A program made the position numbers and the translations under genes. Source: Planctomycetota bacterium (GTDB lineage Bacteria; Planctomycetota; SZUA-567; H5-PLA8). Taken from it: a stretch of DNA of 16,657 nucleotides. Shown here piece by piece: positions 9,239 through 16,657 of this stretch. Location: positions 1 to 16,657 of the forward strand of contig JBBRPR010000104.1 of the NCBI GenBank assembly GCA_038227875.1, written 5' to 3'. A model generated the notes under the pieces. The model saw only the letters and a program-made list of their open reading frames with translations, made no database searches and was not told the origin of the DNA. Within the stretch, counting starts at the first letter, position 1. Every line of letters starts with the position of its first letter.

Positions 9239-12200
9239 ATGTACCGCTTGCCAGGATACTCCGCCAGAATATTCGTTCTCCCGATATGCGCTGTGCTGAG
9301 CTGCAGTTGCGCGGCTCGCGCGGTCGATGTCATCAGTACTTATGCCGGCAGCGGTTTTGGTGCGAATAATGCCGACGGCGTGGCGGCGACAAGTTCATCG
9401 GTGTTCCCGGTGACGGATGCGGTCGCTGTCGCCGTGGACGCGTTTGGAAACGTGTTTTTCATCGACGAACACCGCGTGCGCCGCATCGACGCGGCATCGG
9501 GCATCGTCACAACAGTCGCAGGCACAGGCAGCGGCGGGTTTTCCGGGGATGGCGGACCGGCCATTGCGGCCCATGTGTTCGAAGCACAGGGTCTCTGCGT
9601 GGATTCGGCGGGGAACGTTTTCATCGCCGATACTGGCAACAATCGCATTCGAAAAGTGACCGCGGCCACGGGCGTAATCTCCACGGTCGCTGGGATCGGC
9701 GGCGCAGGTGCGTTTGCGGGCGACGGCGGACCGTCGACTGCCGCGTCGTTGTTCGCCCCGCGGGGCGTGTGTATCGACAGCCTAGGGAACGTGTTCATCG
9801 CCGACACCAAAAATTTCTGCGTGCGCAAGGTAGCCGCGGGGACGGGAATCATCACCACCGTCGCCGGGCAGGGCGGCGTATTTGGCAACGGCGGCGACGG
9901 CGGAGTGCCGACATCCGCCACGCTCGGCAAGCCCATCGCCGTGGTGGTAGACTCTGGCAATCAGCTATTTATTGCCGACCAGCAGTTCAACCGCGTGCGA
10001 ATGGCCAGCGCGATGATCACGAACTTCGCCGGATCGAACACGGGAACGTCCGGATACACGGGCGACGGAGGACTCGCGACGTCCTGCACGCTCAACTCAC
10101 CGGCCGGCCTTGCCATCGATTCGTCGAACAATCTGTACATCGCCGACAGCAACAACAACGTCGTCCGCGTGGTCGACAGCTCCGTGTTCCATATCAACAC
10201 GATTGCAGGCACCGGCAGCAGCGGATTTTCAGGGGACAACGGCCCGCCACTGCTCGCCACGCTATCACTTACTAGCGGCGTGGCTGTGGGCTCTGGTGGA
10301 TCGCCAGACGTGTTCATCTATGATCGTAACAACTACCGCATCCGCAAAATACATCTGGGTACGATCACGACCGTCGGCGGCACGGGTGGCGGCGCATTCG
10401 CGGACGGGCCGTCCGCAACAGCGTCCTTTTTTCTGCCCGACACGCTGTTTGTCGATCCATCCGGCAACGTGTACGTGGCGGACGCTAACAATAACCGCAT
10501 TCGCAAGATCGATACGTCGGGCACCGTGACCACAGTCGCGGGCACAGGCGTGCCAGGTTTTTCCGGTGACGCCGGACCCGCGACCAGCGCGCAGCTCAAC
10601 CATCCCAATGGAGTGTTCGTGGACGGCATGGGCCAGATTTTCATTGCCGACACGGACAATTCGTGTGTGCGCGTGGTCAATCCCGCCGGCATCATCAACA
10701 CGTTGGCCGGTCAGGCGGGGATGCCTGGATTTTCCGGCGATAACGGACCGGCGGGCGCTTCGAAACTGGACACGCCCGAAGCCCTCACGGCCGACCCTTC
10801 GGGCAATTTGTACATTCTCGACAGCAACGACAACATCATCCGAAAAATCAGTGGTGGAATCATTACCACGATTGCCGGATCCCCCGGCGTCAGCGCGTTC
10901 GCGGGGGACGGCGGCCCGGCGTCGGGCGCGCGCTTTTGCGGTCCGCTGGGGTTGTTTTTCGAACCCTCCAGCCAAAGTCTGTTCATCGCCGACGCCGCGG
11001 GCGCGCGCATACGCAAGATTGACGCCGCCGGAAACGTCTCGACGGTGGCCGGAAACGGCATCGCGGCGAACTCCGGCGATGGCGGCCCGGCCAACGCCGC
11101 GTCGCTGGTCTATCCCTCCGGCGTCTGCGCGATGCCCGACGGCACCGTGTTCATTACCGATCAGGGCGCGCACGTCATCCGTAAAATCGACGGTGTCACG
11201 GGCGTGATCAGCACGTTCGCGGGAACTGGAGTGCCGGGATTCAGCGGCGACGGCGGCGCTGCAACGCAAGCGAAGTTACATACACCGGCGGCGATTTTCC
11301 CACGGCCCGGCGCGCTGTTTATTCTCGACGCCGGCAACAACCGCGTGCGCCGCACGGTCTTCAATGCGCCGCCGTTCATCGTCTCCGCGACTGTGCAGAC
11401 TCCCATATTAGTCGGCACGCCTGCGACGATCACGGTCGCCGCCACCGATCCTGAAAACGACACGCTGGATTACATCTTCGATCCAGGCGACGGCACCGGG
11501 CCGGTCCACACGGGAAACATCAACACGGTCACGCATTCGTTCTCTGCCGCTGGTTTGTACATCGGAACGGTGCTGATCAGCGATCCGTACCAAAGCGTCA
11601 TGCGTTCGACTCCGATCCTGGTCTTTGCCCCCGCCTCGGGCGGTGCGGGCGTCACCAACGTGGCGCAGAACGATCCGCTGCTGACGAAAGTCACCGACCC
11701 GGTCAACGGCATCAGCGTTTCGGTGTCCAACAGCGACGGCGGCGTGGTGGAACTATTCATCGATCTCGCGTCGCTGACGCGCGACGACTTTGCCGTTTCG
11801 ACGGACTACGCAGGCATCGGCGGGCGCACCCTCAATAGCCTGACGCTCAGTTCGGTCACGGGACTGCGGCCAGTACAGCAATTCCTCGAACAGGGAATCT
11901 ACGTTGCGAAGGTCAATGCCGTGCGCACGGCCGACAACACCAGCGCTGGCACGGCCCGCAAGACGCTGGTCATCGATCGCATGGAAGTCGGGGACACGGC
12001 GCTGGCGCTGACGGCGCCCAAGTCACACAAAATTTACGCCAGCAGCTTAAAGGGTAATTTCCTGTTTGGCCGTTCGGGCGCGGCCTCTGCGAGTGGCGGG
12101 AGCAGTTCGGTCACGCTGAGTGGGACCATTCCACTGCCCGGCGGGCTGGATGCCAGCGCGCCGATAGCGCTGCAAGTCGCGATCGGCAACATCGTCGACT

Positions 12201-12574
12201 CGATCGCGGTTGATGCCAAAGGAAACGGCAAGGCGCCGAGCCTCAATAGGTACATCCAGAAATTCCAACTGCGCCTGCCCAAGCCGAAGAAGCCCGCGAC
12301 CACGCTGCCGACCGACAAACCCGCCAGTTTTTCGTTCACGCTCAGCGACAAAGGTTTCGCTGCGGCCGCGAACCTCGTGAACAACGGCTTCGACACGGAA
12401 GGCGTCAGCTCCGCCGTCATTCCCTCCGAGAAGACGCTGAAGACGCTCACTCGCCAGATTCAGATTGCGCTGGCTATTAACGGCGTAGGATATCAATCGA
12501 CGGTGCCGGTGACCTTCAAACGTTCCAGCACCAACGACAGCGGCTCCATCTCGGGACGCTCGGCAACGAAGTGA
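9239..12574 (+). CDS. Secreted NHL-repeat (12 repeats) + PKD domain protein with an uncharacterised C-terminal region
   Basis: ATG 9239 preferred over TTG 9206 (AGAGGGA RBS; signal peptide ending AARA|VD). Twelve ~56-aa repeats (ITTVAGTG..GFSGDGGPA..A.L..P.GV.VD..GNVFIADT.NNRIRK), then PKD-like NAPP...DPENDTLDYIFDPGDGT...HSFSAAGLY. Confidence 0.92.
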   Translation: MYRLPGYSARIFVLPICAVLSCSCAARAVDVISTYAGSGFGANNADGVAATSSSVFPVTDAVAVAVDAFGNVFFIDEHRVRRIDAASGIVTTVAGTGSGGFSGDGGPAIAAHVFEAQGLCVDSAGNVFIADTGNNRIRKVTAATGVISTVAGIGGAGAFAGDGGPSTAASLFAPRGVCIDSLGNVFIADTKNFCVRKVAAGTGIITTVAGQGGVFGNGGDGGVPTSATLGKPIAVVVDSGNQLFIADQQFNRVRMASAMITNFAGSNTGTSGYTGDGGLATSCTLNSPAGLAIDSSNNLYIADSNNNVVRVVDSSVFHINTIAGTGSSGFSGDNGPPLLATLSLTSGVAVGSGGSPDVFIYDRNNYRIRKIHLGTITTVGGTGGGAFADGPSATASFFLPDTLFVDPSGNVYVADANNNRIRKIDTSGTVTTVAGTGVPGFSGDAGPATSAQLNHPNGVFVDGMGQIFIADTDNSCVRVVNPAGIINTLAGQAGMPGFSGDNGPAGASKLDTPEALTADPSGNLYILDSNDNIIRKISGGIITTIAGSPGVSAFAGDGGPASGARFCGPLGLFFEPSSQSLFIADAAGARIRKIDAAGNVSTVAGNGIAANSGDGGPANAASLVYPSGVCAMPDGTVFITDQGAHVIRKIDGVTGVISTFAGTGVPGFSGDGGAATQAKLHTPAAIFPRPGALFILDAGNNRVRRTVFNAPPFIVSATVQTPILVGTPATITVAATDPENDTLDYIFDPGDGTGPVHTGNINTVTHSFSAAGLYIGTVLISDPYQSVMRSTPILVFAPASGGAGVTNVAQNDPLLTKVTDPVNGISVSVSNSDGGVVELFIDLASLTRDDFAVSTDYAGIGGRTLNSLTLSSVTGLRPVQQFLEQGIYVAKVNAVRTADNTSAGTARKTLVIDRMEVGDTALALTAPKSHKIYASSLKGNFLFGRSGAASASGGSSSVTLSGTIPLPGGLDASAPIALQVAIGNIVDSIAVDAKGNGKAPSLNRYIQKFQLRLPKPKKPATTLPTDKPASFSFTLSDKGFAAAANLVNNGFDTEGVSSAVIPSEKTLKTLTRQIQIALAINGVGYQSTVPVTFKRSSTNDSGSISGRSATK

Positions 12575-12698
12575 GTCGAGGCGCTGCGGGCCGAGTTCCG
12601 GAAATTCGAGAGGCGGATGGTCGGCGGCGAAAATAACCTAGGTGGTCTGAATGAATCAGACTTCTCGAAGATGATCGGGTATTTCGAAGGGTTGGACG

Positions 12699-12890
12699 TG
12701 GAATTGCCTAGCAGCCCGTTGATAATGGCACAGTGTCTGCGACCGTTACGCGGCGGCCACGAATGAAGGCCCGATTTGATTTTCCCGTTCGCTGTCGTGG
12801 TATCCGGCTGCGTGGACTCCCATAGCCGCGAAAACGCCGCAAATGATACTTTTTGCTGCGTTGGCCAACTCTCGCGGCGTACCGTATCCG
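12699..12890. mobile_element. Possible truncated MITE/IS end interrupting the recombinase remnant
   Basis: CTAGCAGCCCGTTGATAA at about 12708-12725 resembles TA-GCAGCC(C/T)GTTGAAAA-type IS/MITE termini. No matching second inverted repeat was found. Confidence 0.25.
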
Positions 12891-13089
12891 ACTCGGTGAC
12901 GGTCGTTTCAGAGATCGTCGCCAACGCCGAAAAGATGCTCGACGATCTTTTTAACGCACAAGGTGAACGACTGAAGGCGGTGCTGAGCGAGCTGGTGGAC
13001 GGCGTGGACTTGGGGTGGAAGGAGAAGAGGCGGACGCGGTTCGTGGCGAGCGGCGAAGTGCGGCTGAAATCGGACTTAACAGGTAGGTA

Positions 13090-13106
13090 TCGGGGCGACA
13101 GGACTC
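13090..13106 (-). mobile_element. att-core-like copy of a tRNA-Pro 3' end
   Basis: Minus strand GAGT-CCTGT-CGCCCCG-A corresponds to tRNA positions 57-73 (half T-loop, T-stem 3' strand, acceptor 3' strand) with G72/A73 as in tRNA-Pro. The rest of the tRNA is absent. Confidence 0.6.
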
Positions 13107-13461
13107 CAATAGAACTTTTTTACCGAGACGCAAGTACGATGGATGGTGAAATGCAAGCATACATAGGGAATGTGATCATATCGGTAAGCGCAACGACACG
13201 ATGTCGCTAAACATGTCGACACCAGGTGCGCGCGCCCCTGGCGCTTCGTTGATTTGCACGCACCGAATTGATGAAGAAGTAGCCGTGAATCGTGAATGTT
13301 GTCCGTCTGCTTCTGGACATCGTAGAGCAATTGCGCCATGGAGCGTTCGGGGCCGATCGCCGTCGCCGGGTTCGAAACTTTTGGTGCGCACTGGAAACGG
13401 ACTGAATATGACTTCGGTCCCAGGAAAAAGAATCTGGATTGAATGCGGCGCAAGCCCCCGG

Positions 13462-13959
13462 TCAATGCTTCGCGCTCTCCGCCGTCTCTTTCAACTCCGT
13501 CTGCGACAGGATGCAGTCGGCGTCCAGCAGAATGACCACGCGCTTGCCGACCTTGGCCATGCCCTGGATGAACTCTGTGGCGATGTCCACGCCAAATTCC
13601 GGAGTCGCTTCGATTTGATCGGCGTTGACGTTCAGCACTTCGCATACCGTATCCACGATGATGCCCATCGTGATGTTCGAGTCGCCGCGCTGGACCTGCA
13701 CCACCACGATGCATGTCCGTTCGGTGTCCGAGTTGGCATCGAAGTTCAGCTTGCGCCGCAGGTCGATCACCGCGATCACTTTTCCGCGCAGGTTGATCAC
13801 GCCGCGGATGTACTCGGGCGCGCGAGGCACCCGGGTGACGTTCATGATTCCGATGATCTCCTGAACTTTCAGGATCTCCAACCCGTAGAGTTCTCCGGCC
13901 AAGTTGAAGGTCAGGTACCGTCCGGCTCGCGCGCTTTTCGCATTCAAAGTGTTGCTCAT
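13462..13959 (-). CDS. cheW: Chemotaxis coupling protein CheW
   Basis: YLTFNLAGELYGLEILKVQEII...TRVPRAPEYIRGVINLRGKVIAVIDLR...GIIVDTVCEV. Start placed at ATG 13959 (AAGGGAAG upstream) rather than 14004. Confidence 0.96.
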   Translation of the reverse strand: MSNTLNAKSARAGRYLTFNLAGELYGLEILKVQEIIGIMNVTRVPRAPEYIRGVINLRGKVIAVIDLRRKLNFDANSDTERTCIVVVQVQRGDSNITMGIIVDTVCEVLNVNADQIEATPEFGVDIATEFIQGMAKVGKRVVILLDADCILSQTELKETAESAKH

Positions 13960-14010
13960 TTTTTCTTCCCTTATCAGATGAGGAGAGAGTTTCGAAACTG
14001 TCACCGGCGG

Positions 14011-15738
14011 TTAGAAGCCGCTCAGTTCCTCATCCGTAAGTGGGATCGCTGTCGAGGGTTTCAGATGCTTGCCGTTTCCATTGCTGGTGCCATTGACATG
14101 AGCGGCAACGCGATTGACCGGCGCCTTGGCGGACTTGGGCGGGCTGGACACGTTTTCCTTTCGCGCGGGTGCCGTCGCGATATGGGAGCGTGCGGCTGAA
14201 GCTATCTCGACACGAGCGGCGCCAGGCTGGGCCAGCGATTCGTCGCCGCCGCGGATCAGCTTGATCAGCGCATTGACCATGTCCTGCAACTCGCGGGACT
14301 GCGCCGACAACTCTTCGCTGGCAGACGCGGTTTCTTCGGCATTGGCGGCGTTGGACTGTGTAACCTTGTCCATTTCGCTGACGGCCATGTTGATCTGCTC
14401 GACGCCCTTCGACTGCTCGTCGCTGGCGGCCGCGACTTCGCCGATTAACTGCTTGACCTTGTTGGCGGCTTCGACGGTGTTGGCGAAGCTCTTCGCGATC
14501 TCGACTTCCACGGCGCGCTTCAGGATCTCCGACACTTCCGCCGAAGCCTTGACGCCGTTCTCAGCGTTATGCTGCGATTCTTCGATCAGCGCGGCGGTGT
14601 TCTTCGCGGCTTCGGCCGAACGCTGCGCCAGGTTGCGGACTTCCTCGGCGACGACGGCGAAGCCCTTGCCGGCTTCCCCTGCCCGCGCGGCTTCCACGGC
14701 GGCGTTGAGCGCCAGCAGGTTGGTCTGGAACGCGATCTCGTCGATGGTCTTGATGATTTTCGCGGTCTGGTCGGCCGACGTCTTGATCTTCTTGATGGCG
14801 GCGTTCATGCCGTCGATGCGGGATTTGATTTCGCTGCCCATCTTGTGCGAGGTCGACTGGCCAGACTCCGCGGCGGAACTGGCTTCATCCGAAACCGCGC
14901 GAGCGGACCGGGCGTTGTCGGCGTTCTGGCGCGTCATCGATGCCATTTCTTCCAGCGACGCCGACGTCTCTTCCAAACTCGACGCTTGTTCGCTCGCGCC
15001 CGACGCCATGCTCTGGCTGGACTGCGCGACTTGCGACGCGGCCGCGAATACCTGTTCGGCGCTGGATCGCAAGTTCATGGCGATGGCGTTCAGCGATCCA
15101 TTCACGCTTCGAATGATCAGGAACGCCGCGCTGCCGCCGAAGAGAAGCGCTATGCCAATCGCAAACACGACTCCCCACTGCGCCTGAGCGATCGACGACG
15201 AGATTTTTACCGAAGCGGCATCGCCGTTCTCCTTATTGAAGTCCACCAGATTGTTCAGCGCAATCATGTACTTCGCATAGGCGGGATCAACACTCGACTT
15301 TAACAGCGCCAGGGCTTCCTTCGTTTTTCCTTCATCCGCCAGCTCAATCGCTTTATTACCGGCGTTGACGTACTCCGCGCGTGGCGCATTGATGGCGTCA
15401 AACAGCTCACGGTCACGCGGCAGAAAGATGGTTTTGGCGTACTCCTCGCCGGTCTTGGAGATCTTTTCACGCCCTTCTTTCAGTTTCGTTTTCCGGTCTT
15501 CAATTTCCTTCTTTTCGTCAGCCGTTAGAATTCTGAGCAGTGAGATGAAATTTTCCTTGGCCTGTCCGCGAATCAGGCAGATATCATAAACGCCCGGCAA
15601 ACAGTCGGTCGTGATCACGTTTGCATCTTCACCAATGGCGCTGAGTCGACTACGCGAAAATAGACCGAGCGCCACCATGATGGCCAGAATCACTAAGAAG
15701 CCCAAAATGATTTTCTTACCGATCGTAAAGTTGCTCAT
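14011..15738 (-). CDS. Methyl-accepting chemotaxis protein (TM, four-helix-bundle sensor, TM, signalling domain)
   Basis: TM1 [19 protein letters not shown], 4HB_MCP-like region, TM2 [22 protein letters not shown], hairpin tip [40 protein letters not shown], methylation helices EQASSLEET and [11 protein letters not shown], tail ending DEELSGF. Confidence 0.96.
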   Translation of the reverse strand: MSNFTIGKKIILGFLVILAIMVALGLFSRSRLSAIGEDANVITTDCLPGVYDICLIRGQAKENFISLLRILTADEKKEIEDRKTKLKEGREKISKTGEEYAKTIFLPRDRELFDAINAPRAEYVNAGNKAIELADEGKTKEALALLKSSVDPAYAKYMIALNNLVDFNKENGDAASVKISSSIAQAQWGVVFAIGIALLFGGSAAFLIIRSVNGSLNAIAMNLRSSAEQVFAAASQVAQSSQSMASGASEQASSLEETSASLEEMASMTRQNADNARSARAVSDEASSAAESGQSTSHKMGSEIKSRIDGMNAAIKKIKTSADQTAKIIKTIDEIAFQTNLLALNAAVEAARAGEAGKGFAVVAEEVRNLAQRSAEAAKNTAALIEESQHNAENGVKASAEVSEILKRAVEVEIAKSFANTVEAANKVKQLIGEVAAASDEQSKGVEQINMAVSEMDKVTQSNAANAEETASASEELSAQSRELQDMVNALIKLIRGGDESLAQPGAARVEIASAARSHIATAPARKENVSSPPKSAKAPVNRVAAHVNGTSNGNGKHLKPSTAIPLTDEELSGF

Positions 15739-15794
15739 GTGATTAGCCCTTGCGTCCTTTGCCTATAGTTCAATATTTCACCTTGGTTTTCAAA

Positions 15795-15810
15795 AGCACG
15801 AACCATGCCA
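15795..15810 (-). promoter_or_regulatory. Sigma54 (-24/-12) promoter for mcp-cheW
   Basis: Minus strand TGGCATGGTTCGTGCT has GG-N10-GC and ends 56 bp upstream of the MCP ATG. Confidence 0.75.
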
Positions 15811-15893
15811 CGTCCTAAAATGTGAAGGTTTGGCAATAGTTGCAACAAATTTGTAGGGAGGGAGGAAATTTTCGCACAAACTCAAATCTCGCT

Positions 15894-15939
15894 GTCCGAT
15901 TCTTCGGATCGCATACGAGCGCTTGTTTGAATCTCGGTC
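15894..15939. promoter_or_regulatory. Candidate upstream activator sequences for the mcp sigma54 promoter
   Basis: GTCCGATTCTTCGGAT (15894-15909; TCCGA-N4-TCGGA palindrome) and GTTTGAATCTCGGTC (15925-15939) have a 31-bp period, lie 85-130 bp upstream of the -24 box and resemble the sites at 2778-2823. Confidence 0.45.
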
Positions 15940-16126
15940 GGCGGTCCCAATACAATTTGTGCAAGAACACGATCAATCCGCCGCTGTTCTCCCATATATC
16001 GAAGCTTCGATTTCCGGGTAAACGTGAAGACGGTCCAATTTTCACAAGCGCCAGTTTCCTGTTCTCGACGATACGCGCGCTCATGCAATTTAGCTTCCTC
16101 CCAGCAGGTGATTAAGGTGCTTTAGT

Positions 16127-16657
16127 TAGTTCCTGTTTCCAAATTGAAATGCGTGCCACGGTTTTATGCCCGAAGTAACACGTGGGCATGAGAATGCTGG
16201 TGCGTGTAGTCGTTTCGAGCAAAATTGGATGGCTCCGGACAGAGTTTCTTCGTGGTCACTCGGGCTCCTCCCTCGCCTGCGTTACCCGTTCAAGTTCGAG
16301 CCAGCAGCACCAAGTTGTGCGCCAACACGCCGGTTCCCACCCAGCTCTAGAATCGCGCGTAGCCTTCACGCATGCAGCGCCATAATCCAAACACACGTTT
16401 CAGTACGGAAATCGTGCCCTCGATTCCCGCGCGGAATGCCTGCGCCAGTTTGAACCATGGACTGCGCTCGCGCCTTTCTTCCTTCGCGTCTCGCCGTCCT
16501 TTTTTCGGCACGCAAACCCTCGCGCCTAGTTCCGCCGCCTGCTTCACAGCTTCCTCAGAGTAAAAACCCTTGTCCGCGCATACGACAGGCGAACGCTGAA
16601 AGATTTCCCGGTGCCGTGTCACAGCTTGACTCAGGAGGGGCGCTTCGGCCGGGCGCC
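16127..16657 (-). mobile_element. Right part of an insertion sequence (ISNCY/IS5-like), truncated by the window edge
   Basis: Contains a transposase 3' end. TAGTTCCTGTTTCCAAA at 16127-16143 is a candidate terminus, but the boundary cannot be verified without the other end. Confidence 0.6.
16290..16657 (-). pseudogene. DDE transposase C-terminus with a premature amber stop
   Basis: Open from the window edge: CADKGFYS...FRAGIEGTISVLKRVFGLWRC. TAG at 16347-16349 is followed in frame by SWVGTGVLAHNLVLLART* (TGA 16290-16292), the expected conserved AHNL terminal helix. Confidence 0.8.

Larger units (their letters stand above)
12575..13210 (+). pseudogene. Fragmented C-terminal part of a large serine recombinase/integrase
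   Basis: Fragment 1 (12575-12694) VEALRAEFRKFERRMVGGENNL...MIGYFEGL is coiled-coil-like. Fragment 2 (~12890-13210) EIVANAEKMLDDL...ERLKAVLSELVDGVDL...RRTRFVASGEVRL matches the LSR C-terminal 'L..L.ELVD.I.L' pattern. The catalytic domain is absent. Confidence 0.5.

Noticed and set aside
9340..12496. Many long alternative-frame and antisense ORFs over the NHL gene
   Set aside because: Shadow ORFs of a GC-rich repetitive CDS with no recognisable domains.
12572..12766. In-frame continuation after the NHL gene TGA (possible readthrough or selenocysteine)
   Set aside because: The downstream peptide is charged and helical, fits a recombinase fragment, and is unlike the NHL protein. No SECIS-like evidence was seen, so the shared frame is probably chance.
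13040..13170. Complete tRNA gene
   Set aside because: Only 17 nt of the 3' end are present, with no D arm, anticodon arm or 5' acceptor strand.
13222..13241. Hairpin CCAGG...CCTGG between convergent units
   Set aside because: Short imperfect stem with no convincing U-tract, so not called as a terminator.
13076..15589. ORFs 13201..14199, 13076..13714, 14114..15187 and 14569..15303
   Set aside because: They overlap cheW/MCP in antisense or alternative frames and have no independent coding signal.
15743..15765. GGCAAA-GGACGCAA in the MCP leader resembling a c-di-GMP-I riboswitch
   Set aside because: The intervening stem with a GAAA tetraloop is missing and the leader is too short for the fold.
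15815..16088. Small minus-strand ORFs (89 aa and 68 aa) after a GGGAGG motif
   Set aside because: No recognisable product, two competing frames, and overlap with the candidate enhancer region. Not excluded, but unsupported.

Overview
Mosaic bacterial accessory region, possibly PVC/Planctomycetota-like (inferred from protein style only). Left: a cytoplasmic REC-GAF-HisKA-HATPase-REC hybrid kinase (-) divergent from a translationally coupled operon (+) of periplasmic binding protein, PAS-PAS sensor kinase and a response regulator with an unrecognised C-terminal half. Middle: a frameshifted gene remnant (-) and a large secreted 12xNHL + PKD protein (+). Right: a broken large serine recombinase whose 3' end reads through a copy of a tRNA-Pro 3' end (att-like junction), an MCP-cheW pair (-), and an inactivated ISNCY/IS5-like transposase at the edge. 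Two sigma54 promoters with similar paired upstream palindromes suggest that the sensor operon and mcp-cheW share a regulator. The MCP has unusual +11/+12-residue insertions in both arms of its signalling hairpin. No CRISPR, rRNA or complete tRNA was seen.
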